Counted from the whole stretch's first letter, positions 24,389 through 37,885 are shown. The stretch is 62,864 nt of DNA, filler included, from Choristocarpus tenellus KU-1152 (GCA_964200185.2; 11 parts of 11 records of this genome joined end to end with filler, not necessarily neighbours in it), one strand, 5' to 3'. The notes: generated by a model from the sequence alone, not told the origin. Translations and numbers: made by a program.

Positions 24389-27300
24389 TCATCCCTGTGT
24401 TGCTTGTTCCTCTGCAGCAGCATCCTTTGGAGCAATAGCTACTGCTGATTTCATTGAGGGCAAGTCGCCTCCTACACCCCTCCTGCCTTCTCCCCATCTT
24501 CCTGGCTCGAACCCCCCCTGGTTGACGATCAGCTTGGCTGCAGCCTGTGCTGCAGAAATGTTTCCAGCCTGCCGAAGGCAATCCACCACCTTGGATACCA
24601 ACAACAGGTCCAAAGTCATCCCCTTCAACAGCAATATCGCAAGCAGCGTTGGTGTATGAACGTTAGCGGTGACTTCAAGAGGTTTGAACAGAGTCGAACA
24701 GCTCAAATCTGAGTCAGCTTACACCAATCACTGTACCACTCAATGGGCAGTGATGCCATCAATCAGAGTGGACATGTCTTATCTATGGCGGCCAATCAAT
24801 TGTGTACAAGTTATAACACAACAACATAAAAAAGATAAAAAGCAATCTGCACAATGTCAAAGAGTTCATGATAAACCTCCAATCACTTCAGGAAAGAACT
24901 TGACAAGTTGGGTGGGACGAGCTATCTGTATCCTGTCTTGAAAGCGAGGCAACACTCCTGCAAATGGACTCTATCAATCCATACATATGTGTACTGTAAG
25001 CAGATTCTCGAAGTATGGTTGAAGATAAAAAAAACACGTCACACGATGGTAGGAATCAAACCCTGGACACAACAATGCTTAGTATGAACTGCAATACATT
25101 TTACATAGGTGCCACGTTTCTCTTTAGATAAAACCCCCCGGTATATATAACTAATCTAATACATCCAAATCGGCATCTTAGTTCCCTTCATAATAATGGT
25201 TCGTGTATGTTCGCAAACACACAACTTGTTCACCAACAAAACTTGTGAATGTTCTGGTGCATGTAGAGATCAAGATGTGGACGATTTTGGTACTCACAAA
25301 AGGGGGGATATTTGCACTCAAGCACTAAGTCACAGGGGGCACAGCAGACTACAGGCATTGAGCAGGTGATACTACAGGCACATCCATTGCTGGACACACA
25401 CTCCCGACAAGGCTCTCATGTACCACCTCAGCACAAAAAATGGCCATAGTGACTGTCTTGCTCTAGGCACAGCGTCCACTTCTTTTTTTTTGCCTTGCCC
25501 TTGTGAAAAAATACACAGCACTTCTCTTCGTCTTGTCCAAGCGCCTTAAACCTTTCTGTACACATTGTCGCACAAGACCTGGTCATACCACTATGGGAAA
25601 AGGTCAATATAGTACAGGTGTGCACCTCAACACAAAGAAAACGCTAATGTGCCTCACAGAACCTATACCCTTGCCGTTCGTAATCTGCTGACTAAGCTTC
25701 CACCCACAGGTTCCGGTTCTACGTCATACAGCAGTTGAAGACCAACAATCCCCTTTTGTACAATAAAACTAAATTTCCTTTCCTCGTCTCAATTACTTTT
25801 TTTTTGTATACAAAAAATAGGAGTAAATGGAAACAGCTGATGATTCAATACCCATCACACGAACGAAAGAAGACAACTCAATCCCTTGAGATCCAATTCT
25901 TGCAGTACATCAAACACCCCCCTCGTAGGAAGGGCAAAGACCAAATGAGACAGATGCAACGTACTATTACACCAAAGTACAAAATACTTCAAACAACAAA
26001 AACTAGCATAAAACAATCCTGCCTCCATCCATACCCATTCAAGCAGGCCCAACCAACCACTGCATCCACAACCAACCTGGTCATCCATCTCTTGCAGTGC
26101 CTTTAATGCCTCTTCTCCAAGCTGCAGTCTCGTTAACGCCTCCAAACCCGCTGCGCAAACTCTCCAATATGGCCACGTCCCCTCGCTTCCCCCCTTCCGC
26201 CCCGCTCCTCCCCCACCCCATCCCCTCTTTGGATTTGTCTCTGGCCTTGGAGCGGCCCTTGCCACCAAAAACGCTCTCGCTGCAAGATCCCATTCTCCAA
26301 GCTCCGCAGCCGTCACAGTCGAGAGGCTCGCTGCCCTCCGCTTGAGCACTACTTTAACTCCTCCTTGGCCCCTTCCCCCACCCACTACATCTCCCTTCTT
26401 CCTCTCCCCCTCGGCCCACACATCAGCTACTTGTCTCTTTCTTCCAGCTGGCAACTGTATCACCCCCTCTCTCACACCTGACTCATCTCCTCTCACACCG
26501 CAATCAACCACTATGTGGGGAAGCGTGGACTCAAGGATCTCCACAAAGGCAGTTGCAGCCCCAGGCTCCTTCAGGGCTGCGCGAGCTAACGCCTCCAGCA
26601 CTGCCTCCTCAAAAACAGGATCCCGAGGATATGGTTGGAGAGGTTGGTCACTGACAATGTCATTACCTATGTATCTATCCCTGGCCTGACGAAGGAGGTC
26701 TGCTTCGCGCCATGCTTGTGCACCCTCACGAGAGCACTAGACACAGAGATAGGAAGTCGGAAGGGTGAGAGGGGTAGGTGTGTGTGTGGGGATCACCAGG
26801 GCTTACAAAAGCAATGGCATGTGGAAATGGGGCAGAAGTACATCATGTGTGCACACGTAGACAAAAGGGGGTATGTACCGTCAAACTCATAAAATAGGCT
26901 ATTCAATATTTTAAAAAATAGTATTATAATAAGAAAAAATTTCAGATACGCCTGTGATATTCAGAATGCACACACACACCGCAGCAGAAATCTTAAACAA
27001 AGACACAAGATGGAAAAAAAGATCCCTTCATCCACCCCTCTTCCCTCACCGCCTTAGCTGCAACTCTGAATGCATTGAAGCCCGGCCATGTGCCCTTCCC
27101 CTCTCCTGCCTCCATTCTCTCCACTTCCCCACCCTCCCCATCAAGAGCGCCTGAAGTTGACCTCACAACTGGCACACCCTTAAGCACCAGTTGGGCTGCA
27201 ACCCGGCCATGTTTGTCCCTTTGACACATACGTAGGACCTTTTCTGCCATGTCACTCCCAATCTTAAATGCATTTGGCGCAAGCCACACCTGTACACACA

Positions 27301-28463
27301 GGGCACAACACTTAGTATCCTTATTGTATCCTTATTCTGTAGTGCAAAAGGAACAACATACTAAACGATCACAAAGGACAAGAAGTTGTGTGTGTCTGGG
27401 GGTGGGGGTGGGGGGGAGGGGGTAGAGCATGCTCTGTTCAGGGAGACATTTTACACATATTTCATTTCTCCTGCTTTGTCAAGAAACAACACCAAAGTCA
27501 AACACCCAACGAGTTAGGGAAGGCACAACTACATATGCTTTCCCTGCCATGCTCAAGTGGTTGATAGTCAGGAAGAGAAACTCACCCCTAAGGGTGCTAC
27601 CTCCAGCACCAGAGCACACACATAAAACATATCTATGAAAAAGTCTTGTAGAAAATCACTCATGAGTCTTGAAACGTGACACTGCAAGTTGGCACATATG
27701 AAGACATCTCAAATGTGCCAAACCCTTTCATATGCACAAAAAATGCAGATGGACCAACACACTCCCGAGACAAGTAAAGAAAGGGCGATAGCACTTGGCA
27801 ATTATAGAATAGGGCAGTTGTCAAAGTCCACTAGTGCACGCCTTCCTTACTTAAGTACATTCTGCCGACCTCAGTTGTAATAGGGTGACAGATCACACGC
27901 ATAGATACCCTAGCCCCAAGTTGTATCACACGAGTAATCATCAAAGAGCCAATTTTATCTTCTTCAACTGCACTGAGCCCCTCGCAACCTGAGAAATGCT
28001 CTTGGAAGGCTGGCTATAGGAAAGATGTTTCTTCAGATGGAGAAAAAGAGAAAACAGATGAATGCTGCCAATGCTCCCAAACATAGCACGGACCCCACCA
28101 CAATTATGGAACAACGGCCACTACCATTTTTATCACACCCATTTCTACTCGATGCTTTGATGTGGGCTATGGCATTGTAGAACCTGGGCACAGGTTGTGT
28201 TCAAATGGTTGCCCATGTGTGCACGCGCATATACAACAGTAAAAAAGTATAAAAACATTAAGAGCAAAACGCCTCACCTCATTCCAAATCACCAACGCCT
28301 CCTCAATACGACCCGCAGAGATCAGAGCCTCAACCACTAAGGCATTTGTTAGACCATCCGGCATCACCCCCTGCTCCTTCATGCTTTTTAGCACTGCCAC
28401 TGCAGAAGCTGCTGCTTCGGCACGAGCACGAGCCTCTGCAATGTCCCAATCCTCCTCCGTCCC
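24389..28463 (-). CDS. Pentatricopeptide-repeat-like protein, 3' part
   Basis: Phase-0 exons (>28463)-28278, 27289-27050, 26736-26077, 24622-24389. PPR-like AVAVLKSMKEQGVMPDGLTNALVVEALISAGRIEEALVIWNE and ALKALQEMDDQ|GMTLD...VVDCLRQAGN. Confidence 0.75.
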
Positions 28464-28563
28464 NNNNNNNNNNNNNNNNNNNNNNNNNNNNNNNNNNNNN
28501 NNNNNNNTTAATTAATTAANNNNNNNNNNNNNNNNNNNNNNNNNNNNNNNNNNNNNNNNNNNN
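28464..28563. other. Artificial contig spacer
   Basis: Same linker. Confidence 0.98.
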
Positions 28564-28951
28564 TGCTGTGTTCATAAGTTCCTCCCCCATCATTTTTCAA
28601 TATTTTCTGCAATTTTCTCCCTTCCCCCCCCCCCCCCCCATACTGTCTACATTGCACACAAGAAGGACTGCATCAGCATCACGAACAGCTTACCATATTT
28701 TGCATGGCTTGTCTAACTCAAACTTGAAACAGCTGCCCTCAAGAGGCAACTACTGCCATGAAGAAGTGAACAAGTCTCAGTCAAGTCAACAACAATGTCC
28801 ACACATCATTTTCATCCTCTTGAGAACTGTACAGTACAACAAGACTCCACCTCCCCACTGTGATTACAACACATTAGAAAGTTGTGACGGGAATGGAGAA
28901 GGCAGGTGGAAGCAAAGCCAATACTTTGAGGCACTAATACTGCTCACTCAC

Positions 28952-31900
28952 TCTCAGAAGCTTCTTGGCCGTCATGGAGATTGGGTGCTTGGCTGGGTTG
29001 TACCTCTGGGCATTCTCAAAGGTAAGGCGAACATCAGCCACAAAGCCAGCAGCATTATGGTACCACATTCTGTCCATCCTATCCGCAATTGTTCTTGATC
29101 AAGGACACAGGAAAAATATTATGCAAACATGGGACATGAAACACACACAAAACATACAACAGCCGGAGCAGGGTATGGAGATCAATGATCAACGAACATA
29201 TCATAGACTTCATGGCCCCAAGGATACAATAATGAATAGGACAGCGAGGTGTGCAACTGCTCTGTAGTGATTTAACTCTTTTTTTGATGCATCAAAATAC
29301 CTGCCCCATGATCAGTCACGGTGCAGTATTGCCAGTCATCCATGGTTGGGTTGGCATTGCTCAATTCCCCCCCCTCCCATTCCAGTAAGGATTCAAATAA
29401 CTATCCACAACAAGCTCTCACCCAAGGTCCATGGGATTCTCAATGACTTGGAGGTAGTCTGGGCAGCGGTCCCTCTCAGGATCCACTGGCGTGGCAAAAG
29501 GGGCACTGTTTGAATGCCTCAACAGCTCTTCTAAGGCTTGCCTTCACAACACAAGAGTACAAATAAAAGGGGCCAACATTAATTCATGCATGTGACCTCT
29601 CTCTTTCAAGGCAGGATCAGGTCGAATAAATATGTCGTAGTTGTTGCAATGGGCAATTACAAGGTTGCAAGCATGCTGTTTGACATACTTGTGTGTCTGT
29701 GTCTGTGTCTGTGTCCCAGGGGGGTGGGGGGTGGGCACAGGTGTGGGTGTGAGTATAGGGGGAAATTTTTTTCCATGCTTCAGAGTGATTTGTTGGTCAA
29801 AGTCAGAATATGTTGTACACACTCAGGTCAAAAGCACACCGCAATATACATAAAAGCTGTAAGGGTCTACAATAAACTTCAGAGTAAACAAGAGGAGACA
29901 GCGATCTTCCTGTTTGACTCCCACTGACCATGACATCAATTTATGACATTGCATAATTTGAACATCAAGTTCTCAGGTCACTTCAGACCTCTTCTGCAGC
30001 ACAAGACACTGTGTTCTCTTTTTCAAGACAGGTCATTATCAAGGTCGTTTTTACCTTGGGAGGGGGGAAAATTCATTTGTGCATCCCAGTCATCTGTGCG
30101 ATTCAAGTATCAGAGAGGATAGAGGGTATACTCCTTACAAATGACAGGTACCCACTAATGTATACTGTAAGACATCAATACTTCAGAGTCAAAATCACAC
30201 CAGCTCTGCATGGGTAAGCTCAACACCTCCCAACAAAACAATAAAAATGCACTAATTCAGCGTCTTCGACTACCATCTTAGACTACATTAGCCCCTATTG
30301 TTACATCACAAATACTCAGTCTGCAAGCAGTGCATCGCAATCAACCACTCTGTTTCTCACACTTCACCATGTATACACACAATCCCAACTACCCCTAATC
30401 CTGCTCAAAACCCCTAATAGATAAACATACTCCCCCCCCGTTCAAGTGGCTATTCCCTCTCCAGTTCGCATCAACCCATATCCCCCACACTCCAACATAC
30501 TTCTGACTGCAAGCCAGCTGTAAGGGTGTGCATGCCTCACCTGCAGTGGTGAAGTGCAGACATGGTCTCGTCTGAGGAACTGTCCTCTTTCCGCTCAACC
30601 TGCCTTGCCAGTCGGATAGCCTCCTCCACCCAGAAGTCCCCATCAAAGATAACCGGCACCTAGTGTGTTTAAACATCACAAAAGTCACACTGAATGTCCA
30701 AAAAGCTGAAAATTATGCTAGACAGTACAGTAGGTGATACTATTAACAGCAGAGGGATCAAACACACAAATTGCACACCGATATTTCATCTCCCTCTCCC
30801 TAACCCTTTATGCTTTCACACAAAACAAGTTGCCCAAACTAAGACACCGCAACAAGCAGTCCCTTAAAATAAACAAAAATTAAAAAAGAGGTACATTATA
30901 CCCATACTCTACCCCCCTCCTCCCCCCATTCTCAATGTTTGCCTTTCAATCTCTCTTCACCTCCTCCTGAGTCCATCTCCAATGTCTCCTCTATCTGATT
31001 CTTCCCCTGCTGCACCTCCACCTATCCTTTCCCATTCAGTAGACTCCAAACCAACCAGACACACACAACCCCTACCCTCTCTCTTCCCATCCCTCCCCTC
31101 CACCGCACCTCAGGGCGAAGAGGAATGTCTTCTGGGTCCTTTACCCCAGCCGCGCTGGCAGCAGCAGCTGCAGCTGCGTGGGTCCTACGAATCTTGAGTA
31201 GAGTGGCTATTTGCTCCACCTCCCCAAAGTGTGTTTGGTTTAGGGTAGACAGTTTTGAAACCAGACCCAGCAATGACGCTCGTCTGACAGATTGAGAGGT
31301 AGAGAAGACGTGGTAGGTGTGATTGAGAGGGGGGAGGGGGTCAGGATGGTCGAGAGGTGCATTGCATTGGGGGTCGACCGCAAAGACAGTAAAGTGTGGG
31401 AAAAGGTCTGCAGGTCACAGGTGCTAGGGCAAGCACCAGCCGCGGTTATGGGGGGTGGGGAGTGCGTTGTTAATGACAAATGAGAAGTTCATTAAATACC
31501 AGAAAAAAAAGGTGAGGCACAAAGTCAACCCCCCCTCCCCCAAATTCAATTATGGCAGTCAAAACCACCACATAAGGGCAAATGATGGACACGCACATCT
31601 TGTCTTGTCAGTTCAACAAACTAAAAATCAAACAGAGCACACTGTGCCTTCTCTTCCCAACCATCTCCCCGCCCCCCACCTCTCCTGTGCATGTTTGCTG
31701 TGTTGAGCAGCACATACACCCAACACCAAGCCAGAAAAAAACAAACGTAGTATCCTAATGAACCCGCCCCCCCTCCCCCTCCCCCCCCCCCTGCCTGCAC
31801 CCACTTCCCGCTCTTCATTTCAGAAGAATGCGCATCACTCACTTCAGCATGGCATTATACCAATTGGCCAATCGGTCACGCGTTGGCGTCTTTTGATGAG

Positions 31901-32347
31901 GAGGGTGGCACCAGAAGATGAAATTGTTCCCACGCTGAGGTGGACAGCTCCAGATATGGGCAGCGACAAACCCCCTTCGCCGCAGCCAATCCAAGTACGA
32001 AACCAATATCTCATGGTATACAGCAGTCCGGTGGTGTCTTGGTCGGAAGTAGTCGACTGACACAGTGCAGTTGCACCAAGAAAGTACAGAAAAAAAACAC
32101 ATACACACACAAAACACAAGTTTAGGTACAAGAACACCTAAAACAGGCAGCACTAGGCACACAATCCACAGGGCTCACTCCATTCCGCCACTCCCATTCC
32201 AGCTCACCTGAGTCAAGGTACGAGATGTAAGCTCGACGTGCATTGAAGTAAGGTGCATCCTTGTTGTACTCCTGAGCATACATGGCAAACAGACAGACAT
32301 CTACGCCATCAAATTGTTGGAACATGCACAGCACCTTGCTTCGATAC
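28952..32347 (-). CDS. p300/CBP-type (KAT11) histone acetyltransferase with downstream bromodomain, internal fragment
   Basis: Phase-compatible exons 32347-32208, 32056-31843, 31283-31109, 30659-30541, 29541-29422, 29093-28952. HAT motifs YISYLDSV, RTAVYHEIL, HIWSCPP, LANWY, FDGDFW. Bromodomain PFATPVD..PDYLQVIENPMDLGTI..DVRLTFENAQRYN. Confidence 0.93.
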
Positions 32348-32891
32348 CTATTCATTGGAAAGGCAGGACAGGGGTGCAACAAGGGGAGATGGGGAGGAAG
32401 GTGTTTGGAATAGGTAGAATAGGAGGATTGTGTGTGTGGGGCGTAGCTGCATACGCTAAGGCGTTGTAGATAAATATTTAGAGGAATAGGTTTGGGGTGG
32501 CCATACATAAGGAGAAAATCAACACTGTGAAGCAACAAACACTTGTGTGTGCATGATATGAAAATGACATTGAGTGATAAGGTGCAAAAATTCCTCAACC
32601 CATGGCAAACATAGCTGAGGAAACCCCCCCCCCTCCCCAAACAAAACATTACCTTATCTCTTTCGAGAAAATTCTGGGAAACATATAGACAGCTCCTACT
32701 CTTTTTTGAATGTGTGCACAAGTTATGGTGGCAGCTACAAAATGCTGGGGAAGGGGTATCTTGAAACTGACACCCATTCTAGTCAAGGATGATGCAACAT
32801 TCCACAAACTTTGCTCCCCTTGAAGCACAAGCAGCAGCCCCCCCCCCCCCCACTGCTCATGGTTTTCGATAAGACATATCCCTAAACTCAC

Positions 32892-32991
32892 NNNNNNNNN
32901 NNNNNNNNNNNNNNNNNNNNNNNNNNNNNNNNNNNTTAATTAATTAANNNNNNNNNNNNNNNNNNNNNNNNNNNNNNNNNNNNNNNNNNNN
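32892..32991. other. Artificial contig spacer
   Basis: Same linker. Confidence 0.98.
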
Positions 32992-33133
32992 CTCATAGTC
33001 CCGCTCCATCCTCAATTTTGCGAATCCCCTGTTCTTTGCAGATACAGGTTCGAGCTTTCTATAGTCAACCATTGACTCATCTTCTTCATCTACTAATAGT
33101 TTCCTGTTTCCTACATCATGAATTCACTGGAAT

Positions 33134-33573
33134 AAGTCAAAGTATCTTAGAGGGTAGAGCCGCATCCATTTGGGGGCCAAAATCCAATGTTGCGATTTTG
33201 ATGTAACGTTGGGCATTGTGTTTGTTAGGAGGTGTCAATATCGATGTTCTGAACACACCTTTTCATATTATACATACTTCACCTACTCCTAAAAAGTTTT
33301 AAATAGGAATATATAATAAAAGAACTCGTGGGAAGTCAAGCCTTAAATGGACGAAGAGGGCAAAACCCGTACCGTGTAAGATACCTTCACTCGATGCAAT
33401 TTTGGCTACTGTGTTTGTTAGGTGTCAATATCCTTGTTCCGGACACACCTGTCATAACATGCATATTTGACCTAATTTCGGAGTAGGGTAAAATGTCATT
33501 AAAAAAACGTGGGAAACCAAGCCCCAAACGTACAAACAGGGCAAAAATCTTATAATCTACGATGCTTTCACTT
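33134..33573 (+). mobile_element. MITE family A composite (full copy plus duplicated right arm)
   Basis: Full copy 33134-33392, then a second right arm 33393-33573. The whole unit is flanked by GAAT on both sides. Confidence 0.85.
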
Positions 33574-34161
33574 GAATCAACTCTCTAAGCACCGCATTTG
33601 TCCTCCCTGTGACTACAATATTGTTTCTAGTCAGTTTTTATTGACACTGAACAGCTTTACAATAGTCTCCCCCTTTGTACCCATCAATTCCTGTCTCCAC
33701 TGCTGCACAAGCTGGATATACTTAGATCTTGGCTTCTGACAAACGCAGTTATCTGAATTTCTTGTCAATTTACTCCTTGAGTCTACACTTAGGGAGGAGG
33801 CCAGCATCACACGTGCGTTGGCGGTGACAAGTCCACTCACGATTGCCTTTATGCCAGAGTCCTGTATTGTCAAATACATGGAAATGATATGTGAGATATA
33901 TTATCAGGAGGTGGGGGTGGAAGTGACAAAGACAGATGTGCACGCAAAATCAGGTATCAATAATCCTTGGTGCACCAACTCAGGATGGCAGAACCAGGTT
34001 CAACGAAACAAAGATATCTGAATGTAAACATGAGGGCTTTGTTGCTCATGTACGTTTGCAAAACATACCTCACATCACACATTAATAATATGTAGGAAAG
34101 CAGTGTCCATGAAGTAGGAAATGTGAGGGGGAAGGCTAATCTCATGAAGTTGGTTTGAGGT

Positions 34162-34181
34162 CCTAACCCTAACCCTAACCC
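34162..34181 (-). repeat. Interstitial telomere-type repeat (CCCTAA)~3
   Basis: CCTAACCCTAACCCTAACCC. Confidence 0.75.
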
Positions 34182-34665
34182 AAGATACCTGCCGCTTTGG
34201 TCTAATACATAAAAAAAAACAGTGCTGAACCTGGTACAGGTTAATTCATTGCACCAAATTTTATATTCATGTATTGGTCAAAATATAGCATGCAGTAGGG
34301 TCACAATCTGAATAAGGGGAATGATTATGTTATTGGGGTACCCTTATTTTCACCTTTGCATGATGGTTTTGCCTATTCATGGCACGAAACCTATGTCATC
34401 AGAGTGAACAGTGATAAGGACATGGCATGGAGGATATTTTGGGGGTGATTCAAATCATTGTGGTTCTGAAAAAAAGCTGAGCCTTACAGCTGGCGGCAAA
34501 AGGACTTGTCCATGTAGACAATGACAGTGTCGTCCCTTCAACTTCTTTTTTAAGCCCTGCCCTCCTCCCCCCCCCGTAGTATTGACCATTAACCAACGTA
34601 TACGTGTTTTCCTCTGATGTGTCCTTGTTTGTGGTCTTAGTTCAACCCCTTGTTCACACAGAACC

Positions 34666-34873
34666 CAAGCGCTTCGGGATGGTACCTGGATCCCTCAAGA
34701 GAGATTACCTTCAGGCACAGCTCGATGAGATGGAACTCTCTATCCCTACACAACAATTGTTGGTTAGGGTTAGAGTTAGTGTGCATATCCATCGGGACAT
34801 GGTGACCTGGGTGAAGACGAAGTTTGAGGTAATCTCTCTTGAGGGATCTAGGTACCATCCCGGAAGGAGCTTG
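34666..34873. repeat. Long inverted repeat (hairpin or MITE-like)
   Basis: CGGGATGGTACCTGGATCCCTCAAGAGAGATTACCT from 34675 pairs with AGGTAATCTCTCTTGAGGGATCTAGGTACCATCCCG ending at 34862, one mismatch, with an imperfect outer extension. Confidence 0.9.
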
Positions 34874-35649
34874 CTCCTCATATTGAACTTCACTTGAAGA
34901 AATACCCTCCCAGACGCAGAGGTGAAAAAGATCTTCCCTTTCCCCTTCCAAGCTTGTTGTATGTCACTTTTGAAGCTAGGCAGAAAACCTTCACTTCCTC
35001 AGTTTGGTCAATATGATTGTAGATAGCAAACTGTTAGTTATACTACAGCACCAGCACCACACAGACATAACTGGAAGAAGAGCACCTCTCCATTGACCAA
35101 CTTGAGTTTCTCCATTAGCTCTTTGACATCATCTTTCCCAACCTCTACAGCATTACACCTGATGTCATTCACTTCCCACTTCTTGGTTGCTGCAGTCATG
35201 TTGGTCCTTGCCTCATCTTTCATCTTTGGTTGACCTCCTCCACATCTTGTTTTGCGGCATCCCCTCATCTGCAAGCATATCTGCAGCCACCTCTCTTGAT
35301 CTGATCTTTTGTTTCTCTTCTCCTACCTACGGGCATCAACAACTCATGATTGGTTGTATGTCTAAAAAATCGCCCTGGCCAGGTTTCTGCATCTTGTCCT
35401 CTTCTCTCATAGAACCATGTATGGCCTTCCTCATCATCCTTTTGTACCTCAGTTCACAAGAAATAAAATTATTAAATATACCCTAGAAAACGAGATGAAA
35501 TTCTTGATTAGTAATTCCCTTTGTAGTAGTGAGCATATTGATCCACAACCGAGCACAAAGTTCATCCAATGTCATACTCAAAATACAAGTGCATTTTTGA
35601 AGGTTCAAACTCAGCAATAGTATCGATGATCCAATTGGGGTACAGGTAC

Positions 35650-36280
35650 TAGCATCAATGGATCTACAAATGCATGCAATACATACTGCACGTTTACACC
35701 CCATCTCACTTGCTACACACGTAAGTATAAATGCAGTGTGAGTGAGTGTCCAATCACATCAATCTCTCTTGGACTGCCTTGGCATTGGATGTTGATTACT
35801 TTGTTGAATACATTATTCACTTCAACACCCCCATTGGGTGCCCCAACCACATTAATAATATCCCTTCAACTCTACTATGCTTCTTTCTCAAAAGTGTTCC
35901 AATCTCTTCCCCCCTTTCAAGTATGCTCCGGTATAAATTATAATCAGGACTGACCTCTATCTCATTGATGAAATCAGCCATGGGACTAGCACCATATCGA
36001 TTCTCAATCGACCTTAGGATATAACTCCTTTCCTCTCTATGGTAGTAGGAGTGGTATGTGCCTGAAGCCCCATGTGCCAGGTCTGTATTGACGAAGACCT
36101 GCCAACATTGTAGACGGCATGGACATCTTTGGACTGGAAAAGAGCAAGTTTCATTGCTTGAACATGTACTCTCTTTGCAGTAGGTCACTGACAGGAAGAG
36201 GTACAAAGTCCGTGCATGGAGCAACATAATCTGTTACAACTTTTTCCCAACTGATTCATGGGTCACCTGCACTCCTTTCA
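35650..36280 (-). pseudogene. Possible decayed SWIM-finger/YqaJ-like nuclease gene (transposon cargo)
   Basis: Cys/His pattern, then LERGEE, WLG(A)PNG and VINIQC across frameshifts. Weak resemblance only. Confidence 0.25.
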
Positions 36281-37858
36281 GTTGGTACAGGATTGTACAT
36301 ATTCATGATTTACAATTCATACCCAAACTGAAACAACTTGTTAATAATCTACTAGTATATATCGTAGACCCTATGGCAATGATTCATGGCAAGAGCAGTC
36401 ACTCTTCCTGCTGTAGCTATTGATGCTCCATAAAAAAGATATGAACGTATTTTTTTTCCAAATTGTTAAAAGAAAAAGAAAAAGGTACTTGTTCACATGT
36501 TAATAATTCAATGCCGATAGGTTTGTTATCAAATTATTAAATATTTTTCTTTTTTCAAGTTAGCAGAGAATGGACTCACAGATGCCTTTGACTCCATCTC
36601 AAAAAGATCACCTGATGAGCCTCAAGCTTGTTCAACTTGCAATACTTCTCTATTGCTGGGTAAACCACCTCGTGATAGCATGTTGTCAAGTTCCCTGTGG
36701 CTCCCTCTGTTCTCCATTGTAATGATATGTACCCATGTGAGGACCATCCCTAAGAAATAGACAAAGTGAACCACAAGGTGGAGAGAAAATCGGTGGGGTT
36801 AGAGAGGGGGGAGAGAAGTGGCAAGGGATTGTGCAACAACAAAGACTTTAACTCTTGCCCTAAAACTACCAAAAGAAGAATAGTAACAAAAATATTATTA
36901 CATTGCAACCCATGTGCAGGAAAAATGTGACGAGGTCATTGATGCGTTGATACTATACCAAGGAGTCTCATAAATTGGGACATTGCAACAGGCACACACC
37001 TCTACCATGTCCCATACTGTTTTCCCCAGAGTAAGATAATTTATTTGAATATACTGCATTTTTTACCTGCCCACCCCTTCCTTCCCTTGTCACGTATTCA
37101 TCTCTATCTCTATCAATTCTATATACAGAATACCAATACTATATTACCATCTATGAACAATTAATACAGTAGAGATCTGACTTAGAGACAATGCCCTAAA
37201 AACAATGTTCAAATTGTACTGCTATAAAGCACACACTCTCCACTCTCAGTATTGATGTAGGCGACTGGTGCTAGACCTCAGACCTATCTTTCCTGTCAAT
37301 GGTACCAATAATGCAGTATACACTTGACTTGATTATCTTTAGTAGGCCAAAGGATCCTCCTTGATCTCAGATCAGCCCGACTCAAGAGATTCAAAAGGAT
37401 ATCAACACCTCATATTTCTTGCAAGTACCCCCACATGCAGTCCTTCTTTTAACCACGCCACACCACACACACCCCTTGGTATCAGTCACACTAAAGTAAA
37501 ACCAACTTAACATACACATATACAGGAGATAACACACACCCCTTCCCCCAGTACTCAAGGCAACAGAATAATTATGCATGTATTATATATCTTACGTTCT
37601 TTTGGTTCTGTGAGGCCCCTTCAACTGACTGGCAGACTCTTGAAAATACCGTACAATTGATAAATTGATTGTATGACATAGTAATTGTATGATTAGGGAC
37701 ATAGTCGTAAGTAGTCATACACAAGGGCTACCTTACCTACCTAATGAGACTACCCAATGGGACAGCCCACGCATCTAGCAAATGACCAACTAAACCCTGA
37801 CACTACATCCACCGTGTAATACTAAGATATAGACATAAAGAGAGAGTCAAGGTGTCAA

Positions 37859-37885
37859 TAACCCTAACCCTAACCCTAACCCTAA
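37859..37885 (-). repeat. Interstitial telomere-type repeat (CCCTAA)4
   Basis: TAACCCTAACCCTAACCCTAACCCTAA. Confidence 0.85.

Noticed and set aside
28690-28745. Next exon of the HAT-bromodomain gene
   Set aside because: A GTAAG donor is present, but no acceptor gave a convincing continuation, so it was left out of the model.
12464-32347. PA28, zinc-finger, transporter, PPR and HAT genes as a functional cluster
   Set aside because: Each lies on a different contig joined by artificial spacers.
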